Shown here one piece after another: positions 50,232-60,123 of a stretch of DNA of 64,000 bases; positions within the stretch are counted from its first letter, which is position 1, and the number at the start of each line of letters is the position of its first letter. Origin of the DNA: Chitinophagaceae bacterium (GTDB taxonomy: Bacteria > Bacteroidota > Bacteroidia > Chitinophagales > Chitinophagaceae); the NCBI GenBank assembly GCA_044373365.1, contig JBIPNK010000006.1, forward strand, positions 13,254 through 77,253. Direction: 5' to 3'. A model generated the notes under the pieces. The model made no database searches, had not been told where the DNA came from, and saw nothing but the letters and a program-made list of their open reading frames with translations. The translations under genes were made by a program, and so were the position numbers.

Positions 50232-50289
50232 GCAATTATTTTATACCGGTAAAATAAGCAGATTAACACACAACATGCAAACAATTATT

Positions 50290-50775
50290 TCAGATAGCCT
50301 TAGGTTTTATGGGAATCCAAATATCTTCTTCCGATGAAGGGTCATTGTTCTTGTATTTATCGCCCAAAACTTCAAAATGAGGCCTGTTGTCTAAAACATA
50401 ATCCGAAGCTGGTAACCAGACCGTGTATATCTGTTGAAAAAATGACGCACTGCCTGTGCTTGAACCTTTATAGTGAAATACTGCGTAAAGGCTAGCTGGC
50501 AAAACACAGGTCTCCATTTCATCCGGCAGTTTATCAAAGTTGGCTACTTCTACAGCTGCCCATCTTTCAAATTTGTTTGTTGGTCTGAAGTCTTCAAAAT
50601 GTGTTGGATGGTAAACAACCATTGAAATCAGATCATAGGACAAGTTGTTCTTTATTTCCTTTCTTCTTGGCATAAAACTGCTCCAGAGTTCAGCTATTTT
50701 GTAATCCGCATAACTCATGGTCATCCGCTTTCCTACCAGTTTCTTTTCATTTATTGTTTCGATCCTAGGCGTCAT
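50290..50775 (-). CDS. GyrI-like small-molecule-binding domain protein
   Basis: IAELWSSFMPR, YAVFHYKG, WLPASDYVLDNRPHFE and EEDIWIPI motifs. Confidence 0.88.
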   Translation of the reverse strand: MTPRIETINEKKLVGKRMTMSYADYKIAELWSSFMPRRKEIKNNLSYDLISMVVYHPTHFEDFRPTNKFERWAAVEVANFDKLPDEMETCVLPASLYAVFHYKGSSTGSASFFQQIYTVWLPASDYVLDNRPHFEVLGDKYKNNDPSSEEDIWIPIKPKAI

Positions 50776-50832
50776 GTTGATTCCTCTTTTGTGTCGGCAC
50801 AATAAAATCGAAAAAAATCCAGTAAGTAATTT

Positions 50833-52974
50833 TTATTCTTCAGTCTTGAACGGTTCCTGTTCGATGAAGGGTTGCTTGTACATGCGCTTTCCTGTTGCTT
50901 TGTAGATGGCATTGGCTACTGCGCCTCCTGCTGGTGGCAAAGCTGGTTCACCCAAACCGGTTGGATCTTTTCCATTGTCTACAAAATGCGCTTCCACTTC
51001 CGGAATGCCCTTCATGCGGATATGTCTGTATACATTGAAATTCTTTTGCTCCGGTTCGCCTGCATTGAAGGAAAGTTTTCCATACATCGCAGTTCCCATG
51101 CCATCGAGAATTCCACCCATAACCTGTTGTTGCGCTCCGGATGAATTCACCACCACACCACAATCTGCAACAGAAGTGATTTTTTTGATCACAGGTTTAC
51201 CGTCTTGCATGACAACATCACAAACCTGTCCTACATAAGAAGCATGAGAAAAATAGATGCTTATTCCCTGTGATGTGCCTGGCTTTTTGCCCCACTGTGA
51301 TTTTTCTGCTACGGATTTAATTACAGTCTCCATGCGGTCAATATCATACCGAACAGGTCCGGCAGGATTGGTCCGTGCTTTCTGCAACAGATCGAGTCTC
51401 ATTTGCACAGGGTCTTTTGCCATGGCCTCTGCTACTTCATCGAGAAATGCCTGTTCTGCATAGGCCAGGAAGTTGGTGATGGGTGCTCTCCAGGCGCCGG
51501 TGGTGATGGGTGAATTATGGTCCAATGATTCGATCAATAAATTGTCAACCGAGCCGGAGGGGAAATTATTCTCCCTTGTAGCATTACCGGCATTGATGCC
51601 TACACCCCTGAGTTTATATCCGATCAGGTTGTTGTTTGCATCCAGCGCAGCTTCAAATCGATAGCGTACAGCCGGCCTGTAACTACCTCCACCCATGTCG
51701 TCTTCCCTGCTCCAGATAACCTTAACAGGCTTTTTGATGATAGAAGAAATTTCTGCAGCCTCAACCACGTAATCAAATTTCAATCGACGGCCGAAGCCTC
51801 CTCCCAAACGGGTGATGTCTACCGTGATTTTATTCTCTGGAATTTTCAGCAGGTCTGCAACAGCCTTGCGGCCTGAGCCGGGTGTTTGCGTTGGTCCAAT
51901 CAGTTCTACTTTATCCGGACGGACGTCTGCAAAGAAATTCATGGGTTCAATGGGATTGTGTGGCACAAAGGGACATTCGTATTCCCGTTTGATGACTTTT
52001 GCTGCACCCTTGAAGGCAGCATTCACATCACCTTCCTTGCGCTGTATGCGTGCATTGGGGCTATCCATCAACTTGCTGAAAATATCAGCATGGTCTGAAC
52101 TGCTTTCCAAAGCCTTGTCTGGCTCATAATTGATCTCAAGGGCTTTCCTTCCTTTCATGGCTGCCCAGGTAGAGTTGGCAACCACAGCAACATTGTTGCC
52201 GAACCTTACCACATCACTAACGCCTTTCACTGCCCTTGCAGCCTTGTCATCTACTGATTTTATTTTTGACCCAAACGCTGGAGGGCGTTGTACGACTGCG
52301 TAAACCATTCCATCGCGGTAAAAATCAAGCCCGAACAGGGGTTTACCAACAACAATATTTTTGTTTTCTACATTTCTGATGGGCTTACCTATCAGCTTGA
52401 AATCTTTGTGATTTTTGAGTGGAACATCTGTTGGAATATTCAATTTGGCTGCGATGGCAACCAGTTCTCCATAACCAGCCTTTTTCCCGCTTTCTTTGTG
52501 GATGACATACCCGTTTTCAGCCGTACATGCTGAGGCCGGCACATTCCAGGTGGAGGCAGCAGCTGCAATGAGCATCTGCCTTGCCGTGGCTCCGGCTGTG
52601 CGCAATCTTTTCCAGGAATGAGGAACAGCACCACTGCCACCGGTTAATTGCCTATCGAATTTGCTTGTATCCAAAGGAGCCTGAACAACGGTAACCCTGC
52701 TCCAGTCTGCATCCAATTCATCAGCAACAATCATGGCAAAGGATGTTTTGATGTTTTGCCCGAGTTCAGGATTGGGAGAAGCAATGGTTATGCTGCCATC
52801 TGTACCAATGGACAAATAGCTGTTGAAATCATGGCGCACACCTTCGATAACATGGCCCTTCCCTGTTTGTGCAGCAAGGTCTTCAAAAAGGGTAAAGCCT
52901 AACAGCAGTCCTCCTGCAGAGAGCGAAACCTTGCGGAGGAAATCCCTTCTTTCCTGATGTAATGTATGTTCCAT
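50833..52974 (-). CDS. iorB: Xanthine-oxidase-family molybdopterin-binding subunit (isoquinoline 1-oxidoreductase beta-like) with a Tat-like signal
   Basis: True start MEHTLHQERRDFLRK; ELGQNIKT, TGGSG, LGGGFGRR, GAWRAP and GLGEPALPP motifs. Confidence 0.88.
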   Translation of the reverse strand: MEHTLHQERRDFLRKVSLSAGGLLLGFTLFEDLAAQTGKGHVIEGVRHDFNSYLSIGTDGSITIASPNPELGQNIKTSFAMIVADELDADWSRVTVVQAPLDTSKFDRQLTGGSGAVPHSWKRLRTAGATARQMLIAAAASTWNVPASACTAENGYVIHKESGKKAGYGELVAIAAKLNIPTDVPLKNHKDFKLIGKPIRNVENKNIVVGKPLFGLDFYRDGMVYAVVQRPPAFGSKIKSVDDKAARAVKGVSDVVRFGNNVAVVANSTWAAMKGRKALEINYEPDKALESSSDHADIFSKLMDSPNARIQRKEGDVNAAFKGAAKVIKREYECPFVPHNPIEPMNFFADVRPDKVELIGPTQTPGSGRKAVADLLKIPENKITVDITRLGGGFGRRLKFDYVVEAAEISSIIKKPVKVIWSREDDMGGGSYRPAVRYRFEAALDANNNLIGYKLRGVGINAGNATRENNFPSGSVDNLLIESLDHNSPITTGAWRAPITNFLAYAEQAFLDEVAEAMAKDPVQMRLDLLQKARTNPAGPVRYDIDRMETVIKSVAEKSQWGKKPGTSQGISIYFSHASYVGQVCDVVMQDGKPVIKKITSVADCGVVVNSSGAQQQVMGGILDGMGTAMYGKLSFNAGEPEQKNFNVYRHIRMKGIPEVEAHFVDNGKDPTGLGEPALPPAGGAVANAIYKATGKRMYKQPFIEQEPFKTEE

Positions 52975-52976
52975 AA

Positions 52977-53438
52977 TTATTTTGTTTTTTGGCTGGCGGC
53001 CAGGACGGCTTCGCGAATGCGGTGATAGGCAGCACAACGGCAAAGGTTGCCATTCATGGCCGTTTCTACTTGCTCCAGGGTAGGTGTAGGATTTTTTTTG
53101 AGGAACGCTGCAGCAGTCATGATCTGCCCTGTTTGACAGTATCCGCATTGTGGTACATCCACTTCGTCCCAGGCCAACTGCAAGGGATGATCGCCCTTGG
53201 CTGAAAGCCCTTCGATGGTGGTGATTTTTGCAGTGCCAATGGAGGAAACAGTCATCAGGCAGGCCCTCGTGGCATTGCCATTCATGTGAATGGTGCAGGC
53301 CCCGCAGGAACCGACTCCGCAACCAAATTTTGTACCCAATAGCCTGAGGTTATCGCGCAATACCCAAAGCAGTGGGGTGTCTGAATCTGCATCCACTTTT
53401 TGAATTTTACCATTGATGTTGAGTGAATAAACTGGCAT
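52977..53438 (-). CDS. iorA: (2Fe-2S)-binding small subunit (IorA/CoxS-like)
   Basis: CGVGSCGACT, CGYCQTGQ and CRC motifs. Confidence 0.92.
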   Translation of the reverse strand: MPVYSLNINGKIQKVDADSDTPLLWVLRDNLRLLGTKFGCGVGSCGACTIHMNGNATRACLMTVSSIGTAKITTIEGLSAKGDHPLQLAWDEVDVPQCGYCQTGQIMTAAAFLKKNPTPTLEQVETAMNGNLCRCAAYHRIREAVLAASQKTK

Positions 53439-53535
53439 GTAATTCTTTTATGACTTAAATTTAATGAAAATCAATGGGTATGCAAAATGCGGTTCATGTT
53501 CCTGTTCGGCCATTGTATTTTTTATCAACAATGCC

Positions 53536-54702
53536 ATGAAAGAACGCAAGGAAATAGTGAAGGCTTATGACGCTGCTGTTCAGTCGGGCAAAGGCGTTGC
53601 ATTGGCGTCTGTGGTACACCTTGAAGGTTCATCCTACAGGAGGCCGGGAGCACGCATGTTGGTCAACGATGAGGGAGAACTTACCGGGGCCATCAGTGGC
53701 GGTTGTTTGGAAGGGGATGCGCTAAGAAAGGCGATGTATGCACTCTCTCAGCAAAGATCCATGTTGGTGACCTATGACACCAGTGATGAAGACGACATGA
53801 CCATCGGCATTCAATTGGGCTGTGCCGGAGTGATTCAGGTTTTGTTTGAACCCATTGACCCTGCTAAGCAAGACAATCCTATTCAACTGATCAGAAAGGC
53901 ACTGGCGATTCGACAGCAAGCAGTGATGGTTACTTTGTTCAATCTTTCCAATAAACATGCAGATCAACCTGGAACCTGTCTGCTGATGGAATCCAACGGC
54001 ACTATTTCAGGGGCCATTCCTATTCAGGGGATGGAAAAAATGGTGATGGAAGATGTTCAACTGGTGATGCGGAACAAAAAATCTCTTTTCAGGGAATACG
54101 AGGCAGATGGAATGTCAGTGACAGCATTTATTGAATTCTTGCAACCCGCCGTATCATTGGTGGTGGTTGGTGCTGGAAATGATGCAGTGCCCATGATGCA
54201 GATTGCTGATACATTGGGCTGGGATGTACGGGTGATTGATGGCAGAAATACCCATGCCCGGCCTGAACGTTTTGTTGCAGCTTGTCAGGTATTGGTTGCC
54301 AAACCTGAAGCCGTGTTGGATCAGCTGCATATCGATTCCAGCACTGTTTTTGTCATGATGACGCACAATTACAATTACGACCTTTCTATGTTGAAGGCTT
54401 TGTTGCCAACCCAAACGCCATACATTGGCATGCTTGGGCCTCAAAAGAAACTCGATCGCATGTTGGATGAATTGAGGCAGGATGGAATACAGTTGGATGA
54501 TGCCATGCTTTCAAAAGTACATGGACCAACCGGGTTGGAAATTGGCGCAGAAACACCTGAAGAAATTGCCTTGAGCATCATCGCTGAAATACAGGCCGTG
54601 ATGGAAGGTAAACATGGCGGGATGTTAAAGCATAAGGCTGATGTCATTCATGCCAGAGAAGATACGAGAATTGATAAAAAGCAATTTTTTACTTCTCCAT
54701 GA
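53536..54702 (+). CDS. xdhC: XdhC/CoxI family Moco-sulfuration/insertion chaperone
   Basis: GSSYRRPGARM, GAISGGCLE, YIGMLGP and GAETPEEIALSI motifs. Confidence 0.92.
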   Translation: MKERKEIVKAYDAAVQSGKGVALASVVHLEGSSYRRPGARMLVNDEGELTGAISGGCLEGDALRKAMYALSQQRSMLVTYDTSDEDDMTIGIQLGCAGVIQVLFEPIDPAKQDNPIQLIRKALAIRQQAVMVTLFNLSNKHADQPGTCLLMESNGTISGAIPIQGMEKMVMEDVQLVMRNKKSLFREYEADGMSVTAFIEFLQPAVSLVVVGAGNDAVPMMQIADTLGWDVRVIDGRNTHARPERFVAACQVLVAKPEAVLDQLHIDSSTVFVMMTHNYNYDLSMLKALLPTQTPYIGMLGPQKKLDRMLDELRQDGIQLDDAMLSKVHGPTGLEIGAETPEEIALSIIAEIQAVMEGKHGGMLKHKADVIHAREDTRIDKKQFFTSP

Positions 54703-55316
54703 AATACAACATAGAACAGTGCGGAATCATTATCCTTGCAGCTGGAGAAAGCAAAAGGTTGGGCAACCCCAAACAATTGCTATCATTTGGAGGAAATACA
54801 CTGCTTGCCCGCGTGGCAGCAACAGCAAGTGCCTCAGGCTTGTATCCGGTTATGGCTGTGTTGGGAGCCAACGCTGAAAAGATTAGGCCAACACTGAACA
54901 TACCCGGTATACAGGTTGTTAACAACAACGATTGGAAGGAAGGAATGGCATCATCCATAAGAAAGGGATTGGCCAACATGATGGAGCTTTTTCCGCAGGT
55001 CGATGGGGTTATCTTGTTGGTGTGTGATCAGCCTTATTTAGATCATGGTTTAATCAAGACATTGATTGAGGCCCAGCGTGATGCAGATTTACCAGCAGCT
55101 GCCGCTTCTTATGGAGGAAAATTGGGAACACCGGCGCTTTTTCACAAGCATCTTTTCTCCGAACTTATGTCGCTTTCCGGAGATACGGGTGCCAGAAAAA
55201 TGTTGGAGCAAAACAGGGAAAATGTAGTGGAAGTTGAATTCGAAAGGGGTAAAGTGGATATTGATACACAAGAGGATTATGAACGATTGTTAAACAACGA
55301 TAAAAACGCTGAATGA
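54699..55316 (+). CDS. mocA: Molybdenum cofactor cytidylyltransferase
   Basis: ILAAGESKRLGNPKQLL, GMASSI, CDQP, GDTGAR and DIDT motifs. Confidence 0.88.
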   Translation: MKYNIEQCGIIILAAGESKRLGNPKQLLSFGGNTLLARVAATASASGLYPVMAVLGANAEKIRPTLNIPGIQVVNNNDWKEGMASSIRKGLANMMELFPQVDGVILLVCDQPYLDHGLIKTLIEAQRDADLPAAAASYGGKLGTPALFHKHLFSELMSLSGDTGARKMLEQNRENVVEVEFERGKVDIDTQEDYERLLNNDKNAE

Positions 55317-56293
55317 TCATTGATGGGTTCAACAGGGTACACGACTATTTGAGGATTTCCTTGACAGACAATTGCAACCTGCGTTGTTTCTATTGCATGC
55401 CTGAAGAGGAATATGCATTTACTCCTGCCAGCCAGCTCATGCAAGCAGAAGAAATTGAAGCCATCGCAAAAGTATTTATAGCCAATGGGGTAAATAAAAT
55501 CAGGCTCACCGGTGGAGAACCATTGGTGCGAAAAGATGCTGCAGACATCATCCTCAGGTTATCCAGATTGGGCGCAAGGCTTACCCTGACCACCAATGCA
55601 ACAAGGCTTCATGAATATGCAGATGTCATCAAACAGGCTGGTATCAATTCACTCAACATAAGCCTGGATACACTGAACAAGGAAAGGTTTATCATGATGA
55701 CCAAAAGGGATCAATATGATAGGGTGCGCAGCAATATTGACCTCATGGTTCAAGAAGGCATTCATGTAAAAGTGAATGTGGTTGCGATGAAAGGACTGAA
55801 CGATGGGGAAATCATTGATTTTATCCGATGGACAAAGGATGTCCCTTTGCATGTAAGGTTTATTGAATTCATGCCTTTCAGCGGAAACCGTTGGAACAGC
55901 GAACGGGTAATGACATGGCAGCAGATCCTGGATGTTGCCAGTTCAGCATTTGATATCCTTCCACTGGAGCGTGAAGCACACGAAACTGCCAAGAAATATA
56001 TCGTTCCTGGCCATCAGGGCAGTTTTGCTGTGATCAGCACGATGAGTGCACCTTTTTGTGGCGATTGCAACCGCATGCGCCTTACGGCGGATGGCAAAAT
56101 GAAGAACTGTCTTTTTTCGCAAACCGAAACTGATTTGCTGACGCCTTTCCGCAATGGAGAGGATATCATGCCACTCATTCGTCAAAATATCCTGGACAAG
56201 AAAAAATATCTTGGCGGACAGTTTACCACCGATATGGAGAAAATTGAAACGTCAAAACTGGAAAACAGAAGCATGATAACCATTGGCGGCTAG
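55313..56293 (+). CDS. moaA: GTP 3',8-cyclase
   Basis: CNLRCFYC, RLTGGEP, RFIEFMP and CGDCNRMRLTADG motifs; C-terminal IGG. Confidence 0.96.
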   Translation: MIIDGFNRVHDYLRISLTDNCNLRCFYCMPEEEYAFTPASQLMQAEEIEAIAKVFIANGVNKIRLTGGEPLVRKDAADIILRLSRLGARLTLTTNATRLHEYADVIKQAGINSLNISLDTLNKERFIMMTKRDQYDRVRSNIDLMVQEGIHVKVNVVAMKGLNDGEIIDFIRWTKDVPLHVRFIEFMPFSGNRWNSERVMTWQQILDVASSAFDILPLEREAHETAKKYIVPGHQGSFAVISTMSAPFCGDCNRMRLTADGKMKNCLFSQTETDLLTPFRNGEDIMPLIRQNILDKKKYLGGQFTTDMEKIETSKLENRSMITIGG

Positions 56294-56342
56294 CATGTAT
56301 ACTTCGATGCACTACCTTGGGTGATTTTTATTTTTTGAGCCT

Positions 56343-56350
56343 TACATTTG
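56343..56350 (+). promoter_or_regulatory. Internal -7 element (TACATTTG) upstream of moeA
   Basis: Exact TAnnTTTG match in the 75-nt moaA-moeA gap. Confidence 0.45.
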
Positions 56351-56368
56351 GATTGAATTGATAAGAAG

Positions 56369-57556
56369 ATGGAGACAATGATTACTGTTCAAAGGGCAAA
56401 TGCGTTGATTGCGGAAAGCATCAGGCCGCTTGAGCCTGTAAGTCTTCCGCTCTCCGATGCAACAGGGCTTGTTTTGGCTGAAGATGTTTTCTCTCAGTAT
56501 GATATTCCAGCCTATCCACAATCCAGCATGGATGGATATGCCTTTGCCTTTGAAGAAGGGAAATCAACCTATGTTTTGGAAGGAGAAATGGCAGCTGGCA
56601 GTAACCATCAGTTTCAATTAAAGTCTGGCCATGCAGTGCGAATATTTACAGGTGCTGCTGTTCCTCCAGGGGCCGACACAATATTGGTGCAAGAGAAATC
56701 GGCCATTCAAGAAGGTCATTTGCAGGTTCATGACCTGAAATTAAAAAAGGGTGATCATGTGCGTAAGATCGGATCTGAAATACAAAAGGGTGCAAAGGCA
56801 TTGCCTGAAGGACATTTGTTGAACGCCGCTTCCATCGGGTTTTTGGCGGGTATGGGCATATCATCTGTAAAGGTGTATCCCAAACCAAAAGTTACCATTC
56901 TCGTTACGGGCAATGAACTTCAAATGCCAGGCAAACCATTGGAATATGGTCAAGTATATGACTCGAATTCCGTTACATTAAAAGCCTGCCTTTCTCAACT
57001 TCATATCCGGGTTGTAGCAGTTCTTCAGTCTGGCGACAACCAATTGCAATTGCATGCCATGCTTGAGCAGGCATTGGAAACTTCAGATTTGATTTTGATG
57101 ACAGGTGGCGTAAGTGTAGGCGACTATGATTTTACAATGGATGCATTCGAATCATGTGGCGTGAAGCAAGTATTCCATAAAATCAAGCAAAAGCCGGGGA
57201 AGCCCATGCTTTTTGGAACAAAAAATGAAAAACTGGTATTTGGATTGCCAGGAAATCCGGCGTCCGTCCTAACTTGTTTTTATGAATATGTAATCCCGGC
57301 CATTGGCAGGCTGATGCATTCTCCACAATCCCTTGAATCCAAACTGGTTCCTTTGGAACATGATCATCAAAAGCCTGCAGGATTGACTCATTTTTTAAAG
57401 GGACTGTACAATGGTCAAACCGTTGGCTTGCAAACAGGGCAGGAATCATACAAGCTTTCATCATTTGCATCAGCCAACTGCTTGGCTGTTTTTCCAGAAG
57501 GAGAAACAGTATTCAACAAAGGCCAATTGATAGACATTCATTTACTCCCACAATAA
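56369..57556 (+). CDS. moeA: Molybdopterin molybdotransferase
   Basis: SSMDGYA, RIFTGAAVP, TGGVSVGDYD and GLPGNP motifs. Confidence 0.95.
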   Translation: METMITVQRANALIAESIRPLEPVSLPLSDATGLVLAEDVFSQYDIPAYPQSSMDGYAFAFEEGKSTYVLEGEMAAGSNHQFQLKSGHAVRIFTGAAVPPGADTILVQEKSAIQEGHLQVHDLKLKKGDHVRKIGSEIQKGAKALPEGHLLNAASIGFLAGMGISSVKVYPKPKVTILVTGNELQMPGKPLEYGQVYDSNSVTLKACLSQLHIRVVAVLQSGDNQLQLHAMLEQALETSDLILMTGGVSVGDYDFTMDAFESCGVKQVFHKIKQKPGKPMLFGTKNEKLVFGLPGNPASVLTCFYEYVIPAIGRLMHSPQSLESKLVPLEHDHQKPAGLTHFLKGLYNGQTVGLQTGQESYKLSSFASANCLAVFPEGETVFNKGQLIDIHLLPQ

Positions 57557-58294
57557 TTGAACGTGTCGCTTACCCTATTTTTTATATTGCTTTTGTTTGT
57601 TGTGGCATTTTTATATGCCGCTGTTGGCCATGGGGGCGCCAGTGGCTACCTGGCCTTGATGGCAATTTTTGGCATGGCACCTGAATTCATGAAGCCAACA
57701 GCATTGTTGCTCAACCTTTTTGTTTCATTGTCTGCTTTTGTGCTTTTTTATAAGGAAGGTCATTTCAAATGGAAAATATTTCTGCCCTTCGCATTGGCCT
57801 CCATTCCCTTCTCCTTTCTTGGAGGAATGATTGCTCTTGATGCATCTGTCTATAAAAAAATACTGGGTGTTCTTTTATTGATTCCTGTTGTCAGGTTGTT
57901 GTTTTTCCCAAACAAAGATTACTATGACTTGAGGCAATCAGTATTCCTTCTTTCCCTGTTGATTGGCGCCTGTATCGGTTTTTTATCTGGATTGATTGGG
58001 ATTGGCGGTGGTATTATACTTTCGCCGGTATTGCTACTGCTTGCCTGGACGGACCAGAAGCAAACCGCAGCCATCAGCGCATTGTTCATTTTTGTAAATT
58101 CAATGGCTGGCCTTGCAGGACAATTGACAAAAGGAATTGAATTCCAGTCTGGCATGGTTGCTTTTGTGGGCGTGGCTTTTGCAGGAGGATCATTGGGCGC
58201 CTGGTTTGGCGCAAGAAGGTTCAACCAAAATATTTTGAAGTACTTGTTGGCTATAGTGTTACTGATGGCTTCCATCAAACTACTGTTGACATAA
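57557..58294 (+). CDS. TauE/SafE (TSUP) family transporter embedded in the Moco operon
   Basis: YAAVGHGGASGY and SGLIGIGGGI motifs; about 8 TM segments; TTG start directly follows the moeA stop. Confidence 0.85.
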   Translation: MNVSLTLFFILLLFVVAFLYAAVGHGGASGYLALMAIFGMAPEFMKPTALLLNLFVSLSAFVLFYKEGHFKWKIFLPFALASIPFSFLGGMIALDASVYKKILGVLLLIPVVRLLFFPNKDYYDLRQSVFLLSLLIGACIGFLSGLIGIGGGIILSPVLLLLAWTDQKQTAAISALFIFVNSMAGLAGQLTKGIEFQSGMVAFVGVAFAGGSLGAWFGARRFNQNILKYLLAIVLLMASIKLLLT

Positions 58295-58304
58295 AATAAT
58301 ACGC

Positions 58305-58535
58305 ATGATTGAAGTGATGTTTTTTGGACAGTTGGCAGATGGTACAGGTGTTTCTTCCGTGATGATAGAGGAAGTTGCCAATACAGACATGCTGATCAAT
58401 CTGATGAAGAAGCATTATCCTTCTCTGGAATCTTCAACATACATGGTGGCTATCAACAATACCATGGTTACAGAAAACACGATTATTAGACCCGGCAGCA
58501 AGATAGCCTTCATGCCACCATTTTCAGGGGGATAA
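58305..58535 (+). CDS. moaD: Molybdopterin synthase sulfur carrier
   Basis: 76 aa; VMFFGQL and C-terminal PPFSGG. Confidence 0.92.
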   Translation: MIEVMFFGQLADGTGVSSVMIEEVANTDMLINLMKKHYPSLESSTYMVAINNTMVTENTIIRPGSKIAFMPPFSGG

Positions 58536-58537
58536 CG

Positions 58538-59671
58538 ATGAATCAAGCAATTCAATACGATAGATACCAAAGGCAACTCATCCTGAAAGGATTTGGAATG
58601 GCAGGTCAACAAAAGCTCAGCGAGGCAAGGGTTTTGGTGATTGGCGCTGGAGGATTGGGCTGTCCAATCATGCAATACCTTGTTGCTGCAGGTGTCGGAC
58701 ATATTGGAATTGCAGACCATGACAAGGTGAGTCTTTCTAACCTTCACAGACAGATTTTATTCGGAACTGAAGACATCAATTCATACAAGGTTGATGTCGT
58801 AAAACAAAAAATGTTGTCACTCAACAGTGGTGTGAACATACATGCATGGAATGAACGATGGACTCAGCAACATTGCCTTCAGCATTTTCCGGATTATGAT
58901 GTGATTGTTGACGCAACAGACAATTTTGCTTCCAGATACCTCATTAACGATGCCTGTGTCTTGTTGGGTAAACTACTTGTTTTTGGTGCCGTATCACAAT
59001 TTGACGGACAGGTAGCTGTTTTTAACCAACTGCAAACGGATGGAAGCAGGTCTGTGAATTATCGCGATTTGTTTCCTCTGCCACCTTCGGATGGTGAAGT
59101 ACTCAATTGTTCAGAAGGTGGAGTATTGGGTGTATTGCCTGGCATGATTGGAACAATGCAAGCCACCGAAGTCATCAAGCTGATTACCGGGCTGGGAAAA
59201 ACATTATCAAACAGGCTTTGGAATTACAATGCATTAACACAGGAGGTGTTCATCATGCAGTTGGTTTCCAATCCCGTCAGCCATCAACAGATTCCATCCT
59301 CTAAAGAACAATTTATGGCTACGGATTATGAGTGGTTGTGCGCAATTCCACAGAGGGGAATCACAGAAATTGAAATGCTGGATTGGCAAGAAAACTTTTT
59401 AGGCCACTTGTTCGTTGACATAAGAGAACCCCATGAATTACCCCGATTGGATTCTTTCTGTTCCTCGCTTGGATTGGAATGGATGGAGTTACCTTTGTCA
59501 AGCCTGGAAAGCAACATCAGTTGCCTCATGGGTAAAAATGTGTTATTTGTTTGTCAGTCAGGTCTGCGGAGTCTGATGGCGGCTGATATGCTCATGAAAG
59601 CAAGCCCAGGCGCATCAGTATTCAGCCTGAAAGGGGGAGTACATGGTTTGGCAGAAAAAAATCTAATTTGA
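58538..59671 (+). CDS. moeB: MoeB/ThiF adenylyltransferase with a C-terminal rhodanese domain (MoeZ-like)
   Basis: RYQRQ, GAGGLGC, SNLHRQ, DATDNF, NCSEGGVLG and rhodanese CQSGLRS motifs. Confidence 0.92.
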   Translation: MNQAIQYDRYQRQLILKGFGMAGQQKLSEARVLVIGAGGLGCPIMQYLVAAGVGHIGIADHDKVSLSNLHRQILFGTEDINSYKVDVVKQKMLSLNSGVNIHAWNERWTQQHCLQHFPDYDVIVDATDNFASRYLINDACVLLGKLLVFGAVSQFDGQVAVFNQLQTDGSRSVNYRDLFPLPPSDGEVLNCSEGGVLGVLPGMIGTMQATEVIKLITGLGKTLSNRLWNYNALTQEVFIMQLVSNPVSHQQIPSSKEQFMATDYEWLCAIPQRGITEIEMLDWQENFLGHLFVDIREPHELPRLDSFCSSLGLEWMELPLSSLESNISCLMGKNVLFVCQSGLRSLMAADMLMKASPGASVFSLKGGVHGLAEKNLI

Positions 59672-59675
59672 AACA

Positions 59676-60119
59676 ATGGATACAAAAAAGGTAAAAAATA
59701 TTTTCACAGAAGGGCCAGTGGAACCCGCATTCATCGCAGACAGCATTGCAAAACATGCTACCAAAACTTCGATTGGCGGACACAGTATTTTCCTTGGTCA
59801 GGTAAGGGCAGATATGATGGATGACAAACAGGTGCAGGCCATCGAATACACCAGTCATGTTGAAATGGCACTGGAAACCATGGCTGCCATTCGCGAGGAT
59901 ATTTTTGCTAAATATGCGCTAACCTGCATGCATGTTCATCATAGCCTGGGAGTCATCAAAGCAGGCGAAATTTGCCTTTTTGTTTTTACCTCTTCAAAGC
60001 ATCGCAAGGATGCGATTGATGCCTGTACAGCATGTGTAGAACGGATCAAGGCCGAACTGCCTGTATGGGGAAAAGAAATTTTTGAAGGAGAAGGATATCA
60101 ATGGAAAATAAATCATTAA
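59676..60119 (+). CDS. moaE: Molybdopterin synthase catalytic subunit
   Basis: FLGQVRAD, SSKHRKDA and IKAELPVWGKE motifs. Confidence 0.92.
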   Translation: MDTKKVKNIFTEGPVEPAFIADSIAKHATKTSIGGHSIFLGQVRADMMDDKQVQAIEYTSHVEMALETMAAIREDIFAKYALTCMHVHHSLGVIKAGEICLFVFTSSKHRKDAIDACTACVERIKAELPVWGKEIFEGEGYQWKINH

Positions 60120-60123
60120 TCTC

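Noticed and set aside
50236-50257. TTATTTTA-N6-TAAAATAA inverted repeat before the DUF3291 gene (similar AT-only repeats at 32874-32890 and 26046-26059)
   Set aside because: AT-only short palindromes are expected by chance in AT-rich intergenic DNA, and there is no supporting regulator.
52975-53322. 116-aa His/Cys-rich N-terminal extension of the 829-aa ORF
   Set aside because: It is an alternate-frame read-through over iorA. The real IorB start is ATG 52974, followed by a Tat-like motif.
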